Source: Chthoniobacterales bacterium
GTDB lineage: Bacteria > Verrucomicrobiota > Verrucomicrobiia > Chthoniobacterales > Chthoniobacteraceae
Direction: 5' to 3'
DNA length: 64,000 nucleotides
Assembly (NCBI GenBank): GCA_038207335.1
Contig: JBBQZX010000013.1
Coordinates: 1-64,000 of the forward strand
In this document: positions 1 through 8,512 of the stretch, one piece after another
How positions within the stretch are numbered: the first letter of the stretch is position 1
Layout: each line of letters begins with the position of its first letter
Program-made: the position numbers and the translations under genes
Notes under the pieces: model-generated
What the model saw: the letters and a program-made list of their open reading frames with translations, nothing else
Database searches by the model: none
What the model was told of the DNA's origin: nothing

Positions 1-2
1 GC

Positions 3-599
3 GAGGCGCTGCCGCATTTCAACGAGGTGGACGAATGCGCCGGGCTCGACGGGCTGGTCACCTATCGGCTCTGGCGGGAGCTGGGTTTCGCGCCGGAGAA
101 CACGCTGCACGATTTGCGCTGGGGCGCGGAGTTTGACGGCGACTACGTCTGGGTGCTGCTGATCAGCGGCGCGGCGCCGCCGGCGCATTTCATTGGCGGA
201 TGGAAAGGCGCGAGCAGCGAGCGGCAGCCGCCGATGTATTTCCGGCTTGGCGGCGGGACGCTGAAAGGCGTCAGCAAGCCGGGGCACATCGTCTGGAGCC
301 GCATCTTCGTCGCAGGCGGGCAGCTCCACGCGGATGTCGGCACCGCTCGCGTGGCCGCGCTTCCTGAGGAGGAAACCGAACGCCGCTGGCGCGAGACCAC
401 GCCGCAGTGGCCGATCATGCACGCGATTTTCGACGGCATCTCGCGCGACCAGATGATGGCCCGGCATCAGTCCAACCACATCCAAGTCGCCTACACTCCC
501 AACGCCAAGCAGGCCGCCCGTGCCGCTCGCATCAAAGCCGCCGCGCTTGCCGAACTCGGCCTGAACGTCCACATCTGCGGCGCGGTCCCACTCGTCTAG
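3..599 (+). CDS. L-fucose isomerase-like protein, C-terminal part (5' truncated by window edge)
   Basis: Frame is open from base 3 (EALPHFNEVDECAGLD...). TLHDLRWG, RQPPMYF..GGG, TPQWP and SNHIQVAY resemble the fucose/arabinose isomerase C-terminal region. Confidence 0.7.
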   Translation, partial: EALPHFNEVDECAGLDGLVTYRLWRELGFAPENTLHDLRWGAEFDGDYVWVLLISGAAPPAHFIGGWKGASSERQPPMYFRLGGGTLKGVSKPGHIVWSRIFVAGGQLHADVGTARVAALPEEETERRWRETTPQWPIMHAIFDGISRDQMMARHQSNHIQVAYTPNAKQAARAARIKAAALAELGLNVHICGAVPLV

Positions 600-602
600 C
601 CC

Positions 603-1544
603 ATGAGCCTCGCCAAATACACCGGCATCATCCCGCCACTCGTCACGCCGCTCCTCGCTCGCGACCAGCTCGACATCGATGGTCTCGAACGCCAGGTCGA
701 GCGCCTCATCCGCGGAGGCGTGGGCGGCCTTTTTCTCCTCGGCACCACTGGCGAGGGGCCCGCGCTCAGCTACCGCCTCCGCCGCGAGTTCATCGAGCGC
801 GTCTGTCGGCAGGTCGCCCTCCGGGTGCCAGTTCTCGTCTCCATCAGCGACACTTCTTATGTGGAAAGTCTCGCCATGGGGCGGTTCGCGGCCGACGCCG
901 GATGCGATGCTCTCGTCGCAGTCCCGCCCTACTACCTTCCGCCGAGCCAGCCCGAGCTTCGCGACTGGGTCTGCGACCTTGGCCGCGACACCCCTATCCC
1001 GCTGCTCATCTATAACATCCCCGCCATCACCAAGGTCAGCCTCGGCGCCGAAGTCATCGCGGTCGCCCTCGAGCACAGCAATATCATCGGGCTCAAGGAC
1101 AGCTCCGGCGACCTCGACTACTTCCGCAGCTCCTTGCACCTCGCCCGCAGCCGGCCCGATTGGAGCGTCCTCATCGGCCCGGAGGAACTCCTCGCCGAGG
1201 CCACCGAGGCCGGCGGGCATGGCGGTGTCTGTGGCGGCGCGAATATCTTTCCCGAGCTCTACGTCGCCCTCCACGACGCCGCGGCGCGGCGCAAGACCGG
1301 GGAAGCCGAGCGCCTCCAGTTCCTCGTGCGCCAGATCGCCGAGCGTCTTTACGGAGTCGGCCAGCATCCGTCGCGCATCATCAAGGGCATTAAGGGCGCC
1401 CTCTCCTGCCTCGGCGTGTGCGACGCCTTCATGGCTCCGCCGTTCCGCCAGTTCAATTCGCCCGAGCGCAAACGCATCGCGGACGCCGTCGAGGAGTTCA
1501 GCGCCGCCGTCGCCGCAGCGTTGCCAGCCAGCAAGTCCGCCTGA
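603..1544 (+). CDS. DapA/NanA-family class I aldolase (dihydrodipicolinate synthase family)
   Basis: GIIPPLVTP, GTTGE, YNIP and the Schiff-base Lys in GLKDSSGD. Starts 3 bp after the upstream stop. Confidence 0.9.
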   Translation: MSLAKYTGIIPPLVTPLLARDQLDIDGLERQVERLIRGGVGGLFLLGTTGEGPALSYRLRREFIERVCRQVALRVPVLVSISDTSYVESLAMGRFAADAGCDALVAVPPYYLPPSQPELRDWVCDLGRDTPIPLLIYNIPAITKVSLGAEVIAVALEHSNIIGLKDSSGDLDYFRSSLHLARSRPDWSVLIGPEELLAEATEAGGHGGVCGGANIFPELYVALHDAAARRKTGEAERLQFLVRQIAERLYGVGQHPSRIIKGIKGALSCLGVCDAFMAPPFRQFNSPERKRIADAVEEFSAAVAAALPASKSA

Positions 1545-1590
1545 GAGCGGCGGTAGTGGCGAGAGCAGAAGCGGGAGGATCGCTCGTCGC

Positions 1591-1860
1591 CTACTCGCCC
1601 TTCGGGCAGATCGGCGGCGGCTCCAGAGTGCTGATCCGATGCAGGATGTGGCGGCGCAGCACGCGGGAAACGATGGCCTTGGTGAGCTTGACGGCGCGGG
1701 GTATCTGGAAGCCCGGGTGTTTGTGACGGCGCGGTTAGAGCACGCGAGCCACCGTCCTGGTGGAGGGTGGTTCGAGGGAAACATTGGGGTCGCGAGGAAC
1801 GATCGTTGAGCCGGGTGATCTCTTCGGCGCGAAGAAGCTTCACATCTAAGGCGGGTACGC
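1591..1860 (-). pseudogene. Degenerate IS481-family transposase N-terminal fragment
   Basis: Minus strand reads RAEEITRLNDRSSRP (cf. GL.DRSSRP). After a frame change it reads GFQIPRAVKLTKAIVSRVLRRHILHRISTLEPP (cf. the IS481 HTH TVSRILRR.GL.RL..LEP). No DDE domain is present. Confidence 0.6.
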
Positions 1861-2055
1861 GACCGGCGGACTCGGTTACGAGCCCTATGCCGTCGAGAGT
1901 GCATTCCCCGCGCGCTTGCTCATCCAGCGCCTGAATTGAACCCGGTCTCGAGAAATCGGCCCAATGCTCCTCGATCGTTTAACCAGCGATCCGCTTGCGA
2001 AGTCGCGGTTCGCGAAGTAGCGTCTCAACTCCTCTAAACGCAGGCGACTCATGCC

Positions 2056-2770
2056 TCAGTGTTTGAGGGTGGGAGTGCTGGCGATCTCATGTGGAGGGAC
2101 TTGCATCACTCCGAGTGACTTGGCGCTCTCGAAGAACTGCACGATCTGCGCTTTTGCCGTCGGGTTCCACGCGATGAAGGTGCGAGTCTGTTTCGCTTCG
2201 TTGACATAGACCATCGAGGTCGGGCTGTCGCCGTGACATGCCCAGTCCACGCGGCCCAGGTCATTGAGCGCGCTGGCCAGATAGTATGTGACCATCATAC
2301 ACTCGTTGTGCGCGACTTTATCGCCGGGTTCGGCCCAGAGTTTGTCGATCTCAGCGACAGCGCGCGCAGCGTCGGCGTGCATCAGGAAGCCGAGGTGATA
2401 GGCGCCGAGTTCGCCGCCAGCGTTTTGATTTCGATAAGCTTCGGCGTGGTGCCGGGCTTCTTGGCGGCTTCTTTTTCCTCGAAGGTCTTCTGCTCGCGTT
2501 CCACGTCTGCATAGACCTTTTGGATGAACGCCGAATCGCGATCGTAGAAGGCAGCCATTGGATGCCGTAAATCCAAGCCGGGCTCGCCGGTAGATTCCTG
2601 GTTGTTGCCGTCGGGAAAACCTTCACCATCGGCGAAGCTGTGGCCGCGCCAGAGGTCGAAGGTGCGAAAGCGCGGGAAGCGCGGGAAGCGCGCATCCTTG
2701 CGGTCGTAGTTCGCGTAGTTCTTCGCGATGAGGCGCGCCATCTCGCCGTAGCTGACGGCGAAGTCCGCGG
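2056..2770 (-). pseudogene. Glycoside hydrolase family 81 (endo-1,3-beta-glucanase) pseudogene
   Basis: Fragments lie in different frames: YGEMARLIAKNYANYDR..FP.FRTFDLWRGHSFADG..DGNNQESTGE, PAWIYGIQWLP and TYYLASAL..LG.VDW...RTFIAWNPT. Internal segments and the N-terminus are missing. Confidence 0.75.
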
Positions 2771-2972
2771 CGCATCGCCGCCCAATCGGCCATGCCGGTC
2801 TCGATGTCGCAGTGCAGAAACCATAGCCGGCCCGCCTCCCCGGCCAGTCGCCGCGTCACACAGTCCGCGATGCGGCTGGAGCAGGAGTTTTGGCCCTTTT
2901 ATTTGTTCGGTCGCAGGAACGCCGGCGTCGTGCACGCGCACAGGCAAAACTGAAAACATCGCCCTTCCGAAA

Positions 2973-4235
2973 TCACTCGAAGGCCCCGATGCCTGCGTCG
3001 GAGAGTGCGGAGCCTTTTGTGGGGTGGAGAAAGTGGATCACCGGGAGGCTGCCGTCCGCTTGGCGGGGCTCGAAGAGCTCCTTTTCATCCACGCTCTCGA
3101 AGTCTTTGTCCGTGAGCTGCAGATCCATGCCGAAGGTGTTGTTCGTGAGCTTACAATTGGCCTTATCGATGCGAGAAAGGTCGGCCTTGGACTTGTAGCT
3201 GAGGTTGTTGGTCAGGACGTGGCCGAAGCCATCCACGTCGGTACGGTTGTTGGCGAGGCGGCAGAGCATGTTGAAGTTGGTGCCGTTGCGGTAGGCGCTG
3301 TTGTTGAGCCAGTCGCTGCCGTCGGGGTGGTGATTGGAGTAGAACCCGGACGCCTTGTTCCCGACGGAGACGCATTGGCGGACGATGTGGCGCGGGATGG
3401 GGTTGGGGAGGTCGGCGGCGGGCATGCTGCCATAGCCGCCGGCCTTGAAGCCGTTGCCGTCGCCGAGGCGGTCGTGCTTGGGGGAGAGGCCGTTGTAGGC
3501 GGCCCAGCAGTTCTCGAAAGTCACGCTCTCGTGGGCGCCGATGCAGTCGTAGCCGTCGTCGCTGTTGTACCACGCGCGGCAGCCGCGGAAGACGTTGCCG
3601 GTACTGCCTTGTGTGGGGTGGCAGCCGAAGCCATCGACGTTGCCGCCTTTGCCATCCTCGGAGGTGTAATCCCAGTTGTTCCAGGCGTCGCAGTTGAGGA
3701 AAAGGTTGTCGCTGCCGCGGGTGCTGTAGATGCCGATGGCCTGGCCGTCGTGCATGGAAAGGCGCTCGTAGATGTTGTGGCTGCCGTTGTTCTCGAAGCA
3801 GATGCTCTGGGTGTGGCTGAGGTTGGTGACTTGGACTTCGGTGACTTCGAGCCCGATGAGGTGGAGCCAGGAGCCGGTGATGTGGAAAGCATCGACGCGC
3901 AGGCCGTAGGGGGCGACCCGGGTGCAGTCGAAGACGGGCCTCTCGGACTCGTAGTTGCGGTAGGTGATGGGTTTGCCGGGCTGGCCGCTCTTGGTGAGGT
4001 CGGTGAGGTAGGCGAAGCCGCGCTGGCGTTTGGCGATTTGCTCCTGCTGCATCTCATACGTGCCACCGCGGAGGAGGACCGTGTCGCCGGGTTCGGCGCT
4101 GGTCTGGGCGCGCTGGAGGGTGGCGAAAGGTGCGGCCAGGGTGCCTTCGGCGGAGTCGTCTCCGTGCGGGGCGACGTACCAGGAGGCGGCGCGCGCGGTG
4201 GTGGCGAGGGTGCAGAGGAGCGCGAGGAGTTTCAT
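2973..4235 (-). CDS. Secreted polysaccharide lyase family 9-like right-handed beta-helix protein
   Basis: Signal peptide MKLLALL...ARAA; YVAPHGDD..GT...PF.T; GNVDGFG; CRAWYNSDDGYD; GDGNGFK.GG. Start moved to the ATG at 4235. Confidence 0.85.
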   Translation of the reverse strand: MKLLALLCTLATTARAASWYVAPHGDDSAEGTLAAPFATLQRAQTSAEPGDTVLLRGGTYEMQQEQIAKRQRGFAYLTDLTKSGQPGKPITYRNYESERPVFDCTRVAPYGLRVDAFHITGSWLHLIGLEVTEVQVTNLSHTQSICFENNGSHNIYERLSMHDGQAIGIYSTRGSDNLFLNCDAWNNWDYTSEDGKGGNVDGFGCHPTQGSTGNVFRGCRAWYNSDDGYDCIGAHESVTFENCWAAYNGLSPKHDRLGDGNGFKAGGYGSMPAADLPNPIPRHIVRQCVSVGNKASGFYSNHHPDGSDWLNNSAYRNGTNFNMLCRLANNRTDVDGFGHVLTNNLSYKSKADLSRIDKANCKLTNNTFGMDLQLTDKDFESVDEKELFEPRQADGSLPVIHFLHPTKGSALSDAGIGAFE

Positions 4236-4375
4236 GGAAAGGAGGGGCAGGGGGGCAAGGTGGCAGGGGGTGGGGCTTTGCGTCGAGTGTGCGGTGGAGG
4301 GGGTTGCCAGAGGCGATGGGCATGAAAGCGGGTGGGACATTGAGTCGGAGCGGGGGGAATCGGCGGGTCCGGACA

Positions 4376-4480
4376 GGGGTTTCGCGAGTCGGAAAACGAT
4401 TTTACGTGCTTGAAAAATGATTTTCCGGATGAGGGGAGGGGTTTCCCGGGTCAGAGGTGCGACGTTCCGAGACCGGGAAG
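4376..4480. repeat. Degenerate 21-bp-period tandem repeat (about 5 units)
   Basis: Units ggggtttcgcgagtcggaaaa / cgattttacgtgcttgaaaaa / tgattttccggatgaggggag / gggtttcccgggtcagaggtg / cgacgttccgagaccgggaag start at 4376, 4397, 4418, 4439 and 4460. Confidence 0.45.
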
Positions 4481-4494
4481 GGGGGTGCTCAGTT

Positions 4495-4598
4495 TGTAGG
4501 GCGGGCGCTCCGCCTGCCCGCGGCTCGTGCCGGGCAACCGGAGCGGTCGCCCTACAATGCTGGGGCTCGTGTCGGGCAGGCGGGGCGGTCGCCCGACA
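4495..4598. repeat. REP/REPIN-like element (GTAG-headed inverted pair plus a third copy)
   Basis: TGTAGGGCGGGCGCTCCGCCTGCCCG (4495-4520) is the inverted partner of CGGGCAACCGGAGCGGTCGCCCTACA (4531-4556). A third copy, CGGGCAGGCGGGGCGGTCGCCCGACA, lies at 4573-4598. Confidence 0.75.
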
Positions 4599-4610
4599 AT
4601 GTGGGGTGGC

Positions 4611-6968
4611 TCAGCAGCAGCGGGTGATGCCGGTGTAGCGGTGGGCGGTGGCGGTGAGGTAGGTGTTTTGGCGTCCGCGGGGGGTGGCGAGGTGTTCGCA
4701 CGAGGCGAGGGCTTGGGCACGGTCGATGGCAGACTCGCCGGTGATCTCTTTTAATAAGGCGAGGCTGAGGCCGATGGCTCCGAGGGCGCCGATGGCGGAG
4801 GGCTCGGCTTCGAGGGCGCCGGGGGGGAGCCAGACGGGGGCGGTCTCGTGGAGGCGGGCGGGTTTCTGGCGGGTGAGGAGGAGGAGCCATTCGCGGATGG
4901 AGATGGCGACGAGGGCGAGGACGAGGAGGAGGAAGGTGGCGGTGACGGCGGCGTCGAGGCGGTTGTTGAAGAGCTGGGCGCGGGCGGTTTTGAGGGCTTT
5001 GTCGGCGGCGAGGATGGCGGCGAGGATGGCGGCGGGGCCGGCGGGGTCGGTGGTGAGTCGGGCGCTGGCGGCTGTGAGTTCGAGGGATGGGATTTTCGCC
5101 TGGATGGCGGCAGCGGCGGCGAGGAAGCCGATTTTGGGACTGCTGTGGGCGATTTTCTGGACGCCGGCGGTGAGGGTGACGGTGAGGAGCCAGCAGAGGG
5201 GGAGGAGGGTGACCAGGATGATGCGGGGCCGGGGACGCTCGGGGTCTTTGAGGGCGATTTTAATGAGGATGGTGGTGGCGAGGCAGAGGGCGACGGCGGC
5301 GAGGAGCTGATTTGCGATGCCGAAGATGGGCCAGAGGGCTTTGATGCCGCCGTCGGGGTCGTGGACGGCGGCGATGAGGAAGTAGCCCCAGGCGGCGACG
5401 ATGAGGGCGCTGGAGAAGAGGTTTGCCCAGAGGCTGCGGGTGTCGGCGAGGCGGGGGGAGAGGTGGCCGAGGGCGTCCTGGAGGAGGTAGCGTCCGACAC
5501 GGGTGCCGGCATCGAGGGTGGTGAGGATGAAGAGGGCCTCGAACATGAGGGCGAAGTGGTACCAGACGCCAAGGAGGCTGCCGCCGAAGACGCGGGCGAA
5601 TATATTGGCCATGCCGACGGCGAGGGTGGCGGCGCCGCCGGTGCGGCCAAAGAGGGTGTGCTCGCGGACGGTGTCGGCGAGGGTGGTCATCTGGGCGGCG
5701 GTGACGTGGAAGGTGGGGCCGTAGGCGGTGACTTGGGCGACGGTGTTGGCGGCGATGGCGGCGGCGTCGGCACCGGGGACTTTGATGTTCATGCTGAGAT
5801 AGACGCCGGGGTCGAGGGTGCAGGCGGCGATCATGGCCATGATGGCGACGAGGGACTCGAGGCACATGGCGCCGTAGCCGATGGGGCGGGCGTAGCTCTC
5901 GCGGGTGATGATTTTCGGCGTGATTCCGCTGGCGATGAGGGTGTGGAAGCCGCTGATGGCGCCGCAGGCGATGGTGATGAAGCAGAAGGGGAAGACGCCG
6001 CCAGGGACGACGGGGCCGGTGCCGTCGGTGAAGACGGTGAGGGGGGGCATTTTGAGGTCGGGGAGGACGAGGAAGACGCCGAGGGCGAGGGCGAAGATGG
6101 TACCGAGCTTGAGGAAGGTGGAGAGGTAGTCGCGCGGGGCGAGGAGGAGCCAGACGGGGAGAACGCTGGCGGCAAGTGCGTAGAGGAGGATGGTGTAGGC
6201 GAGGGGCGCGGCTTTGACGGTGAAGAAGGGGGCAAGGGTGGCGGAGGCGTGGATGTATTGGCCGCCCCAGACGGCGAGGAGGAGGAGGGTGACGCCAAGG
6301 ATAGAGCCCTCGAGGACTTTGCCGATGCGGACCCAGCGGAGGTAGCCGCCCATGAGGAGGGCGATGGGGACGGTGGCGGCGACGGTAAAGACGCCCCAGG
6401 GGCTCTCGGCGAGGGCGTTCACGACGACGAGCGCGAGGACGGCGAGGAGGATGATCATGATCGCCAGGATGGCGATGACGCCGATGACGCCGGCAGCGGG
6501 GGTGAGTTCGTCGCGGACCATCTGTGCGAGGCTTTTGCCGTCGCGCCGCATGGAGGAGAAGAGGATGACGAAGTCCTGGACTGCGCCGCCGAGGACGACG
6601 CCGATGAGGATCCAGAGGGTGCCGGGGAGGTATCCGAACTGCGCGGCGAGGACGGGGCCGACGAGGGGGCCGGGGCCGGAGATGGCGGCGAAGTGGTGGC
6701 CGAAGACGATCCATTTGTTGGTGCGGACGAAGTCTTTGCCGTCGTCGTGGACTTCGCAGGGGGTGGCGCGGCGCTCGTCGATGAGGAGGATTTTGGTGGC
6801 GATCCACTTCGCGTAGAAGCGGTAGCCGATGGCGTAGGTGCAGAGGGCGGCGGCGAGGATGAAGCCGGAATTGACGGGCTCGCTGCGGTGCGTGGCGATG
6901 ACGGCGTAGGCACCCGCGCCGATGAGGACGACGAGGAGCCAGATGAGGAGGGAGAGGGTTTTCTTCAC
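4611..6968 (-). CDS. cstA: Carbon starvation protein A (peptide/pyruvate transporter) with YbdD/YjiX-like C-terminal extension
   Basis: FGHHFAAISGPGPLVGPVLAAQFGYLPG, APRDYLSTFLK, ITIACGAISGFH and LTTLDAGTRVGR, with many TM helices. GTG start at 6968; the protein ends ...RYTGITRCC. Confidence 0.93.
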   Translation of the reverse strand: MKKTLSLLIWLLVVLIGAGAYAVIATHRSEPVNSGFILAAALCTYAIGYRFYAKWIATKILLIDERRATPCEVHDDGKDFVRTNKWIVFGHHFAAISGPGPLVGPVLAAQFGYLPGTLWILIGVVLGGAVQDFVILFSSMRRDGKSLAQMVRDELTPAAGVIGVIAILAIMIILLAVLALVVVNALAESPWGVFTVAATVPIALLMGGYLRWVRIGKVLEGSILGVTLLLLAVWGGQYIHASATLAPFFTVKAAPLAYTILLYALAASVLPVWLLLAPRDYLSTFLKLGTIFALALGVFLVLPDLKMPPLTVFTDGTGPVVPGGVFPFCFITIACGAISGFHTLIASGITPKIITRESYARPIGYGAMCLESLVAIMAMIAACTLDPGVYLSMNIKVPGADAAAIAANTVAQVTAYGPTFHVTAAQMTTLADTVREHTLFGRTGGAATLAVGMANIFARVFGGSLLGVWYHFALMFEALFILTTLDAGTRVGRYLLQDALGHLSPRLADTRSLWANLFSSALIVAAWGYFLIAAVHDPDGGIKALWPIFGIANQLLAAVALCLATTILIKIALKDPERPRPRIILVTLLPLCWLLTVTLTAGVQKIAHSSPKIGFLAAAAAIQAKIPSLELTAASARLTTDPAGPAAILAAILAADKALKTARAQLFNNRLDAAVTATFLLLVLALVAISIREWLLLLTRQKPARLHETAPVWLPPGALEAEPSAIGALGAIGLSLALLKEITGESAIDRAQALASCEHLATPRGRQNTYLTATAHRYTGITRCC

Positions 6969-7049
6969 ACGGGGTGTGTGAAGGGAGGGCGGGGAAATTT
7001 CAATCTCCAAGGGCCTTGCCTATACGCCGGGGCGGGAGGAGCGTGCGGG

Positions 7050-7787
7050 ATGAATGCGCCTACGGATGCGGGTCGGAAATTCAATCGCTGGCTGGCGGTG
7101 TTGGTTTTCGCGAGCCTGGTGTGGTGTGCGGTGTGGATCGCGGTGCGGGTCGGGATCGATGCGACGCCCTACGAGACGACGGACAGCGCGGGGCGGACGA
7201 TGGGTTTCAACGACCGGCTGAGCCACGAGCATTTCGTGATCATCCTGCGGCATTTCCGTGTGGGGGATTTGCTCGCGCCGGAGCGCGCGTACGAGTGGCT
7301 GCTGCTGGCGATGCACGGAGTCGGTGCGTGGATGCTGCTGTCGCGCACGGATGTATCGGTGCGCCTGACGCGCTGGTTTTTCGTGCTGCAGGCTGCGCTT
7401 TTCCCGCTCGGCTTGCTGCTCTGCTGGCTTCCGCCGCTGGTGCTCTTCGATGCGCTGAGAGGCGGCATGGATCGGGAGAACCTCACGGATTTTCCGTTCG
7501 TGGGAACGATGGGAATGCTCGCGCATTCCGCCTGGGTGATTGCTTCGCTGGCGATTGCGTTCGCGCTGCGCGGTCCAGGCCTCGGGCTCGCGCGGGTCTG
7601 GCGCGCGCTCCGCGAGACGATGAGCGCGGGGAGTCGGGCGTTTGTGGAAACGGTGCGGGCCGAGCGAAGTGGCTCGGGCGCTTACGCGGCGTCGAAAACC
7701 TGGCGGAGGTATTCGATGCTCTTGGTGGCGATGGTCTCCGCGCCTTCCTCGAACTTGAATACCTCGACCGAGACGATGCCGTCGTAG
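7050..7787 (+). CDS. Hypothetical membrane protein (about 4 TM)
   Basis: ATG at 7050 preceded by GGAGGAG; several hydrophobic segments. It is the 3' part of ORF 4848..7787 and overlaps the convergent gene by 106 bp. Confidence 0.6.
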   Translation: MNAPTDAGRKFNRWLAVLVFASLVWCAVWIAVRVGIDATPYETTDSAGRTMGFNDRLSHEHFVIILRHFRVGDLLAPERAYEWLLLAMHGVGAWMLLSRTDVSVRLTRWFFVLQAALFPLGLLLCWLPPLVLFDALRGGMDRENLTDFPFVGTMGMLAHSAWVIASLAIAFALRGPGLGLARVWRALRETMSAGSRAFVETVRAERSGSGAYAASKTWRRYSMLLVAMVSAPSSNLNTSTETMPS

Positions 7788-8500
7788 GCTGCGGCCCGGA
7801 GCGCGGCGGCGATGGGGTGAAAGTCGATTTCACCGAAGCCGGGGCCTTTCAAGTTCGCGTCGTTGGCGTGGAAATAGGCGAACCGACCGGCGCTCTCGGC
7901 GATGATTTGCGGGATCGGCTTTTCCTCCGAGCACATCGCTTTCACGTCGAGGATGATCGACATCGCAGGGCTGCCGAACTGTGCGGCGAAGCGGATTCCC
8001 TCGGCGGCGGTGTTGATGAAATTCGTCTCGGCGGGCGCGAGCGGTTCGAAGCAAATCACCACGCCGCGATCCTCCGCGCGGCGCAAGGCGTCGCGGAAGC
8101 AACCAGCCGCGAAGTCCCATGCCTGCTGGTGCGAGACGCCATCGAGCACGTTCCGCTGCTTCGGCGAGCCGACGATGATCCGCGTGCCGCCGAGGTCGGC
8201 GCAGCACTCGACGAGGTCTTGAAAGTAGCGCGCGGTGCGGGCGCGTACGGCGCCGTCGGGCGAGGTGAGATACATGCCTTCCGCCTGCACGAGCACCCAA
8301 TGCAGTCCCGAGATTCCGATGCCCGCGTGCGCCGCGGCGTCGCGGATGCGCGTGCGCTCGGTTGCGGAGATTTCGGTGACATAGGGCGCGATGGTGAAGG
8401 GCGCGATCTCCACAAAGTCGTAACCCGCGCGCGCTGCGTAGCCGAACGTGTCCTCAAGTTTCCAGTCTTTGAAGATCTCGTTGCAGATTCCGAATTTCAT
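7682..8500 (-). CDS. Sugar phosphate isomerase/epimerase (xylose-isomerase-like TIM barrel, ketose 3-epimerase-like)
   Basis: GYDFVEIAP, FEPL...ETNFIN, LDVK, HANDAN..GPG.G.IDF and VSVEVF metal-ligand pattern. Confidence 0.85.
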   Translation of the reverse strand: MKFGICNEIFKDWKLEDTFGYAARAGYDFVEIAPFTIAPYVTEISATERTRIRDAAAHAGIGISGLHWVLVQAEGMYLTSPDGAVRARTARYFQDLVECCADLGGTRIIVGSPKQRNVLDGVSHQQAWDFAAGCFRDALRRAEDRGVVICFEPLAPAETNFINTAAEGIRFAAQFGSPAMSIILDVKAMCSEEKPIPQIIAESAGRFAYFHANDANLKGPGFGEIDFHPIAAALRAAAYDGIVSVEVFKFEEGAETIATKSIEYLRQVFDAA

Positions 8501-8512
8501 GGGGCGAGTTTC

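Noticed and set aside
4611..4619. Selenocysteine read-through at the cstA TGA
   Set aside because: The frame already ends in Cys-Cys before TGA, and I see no convincing SECIS; the downstream hairpins are REP-like.
4848..7049. Gly/Glu/Asp-rich N-terminal part of the 979-aa ORF
   Set aside because: Antisense reading of the C-rich cstA gene; only the part from 7050 looks like a gene.
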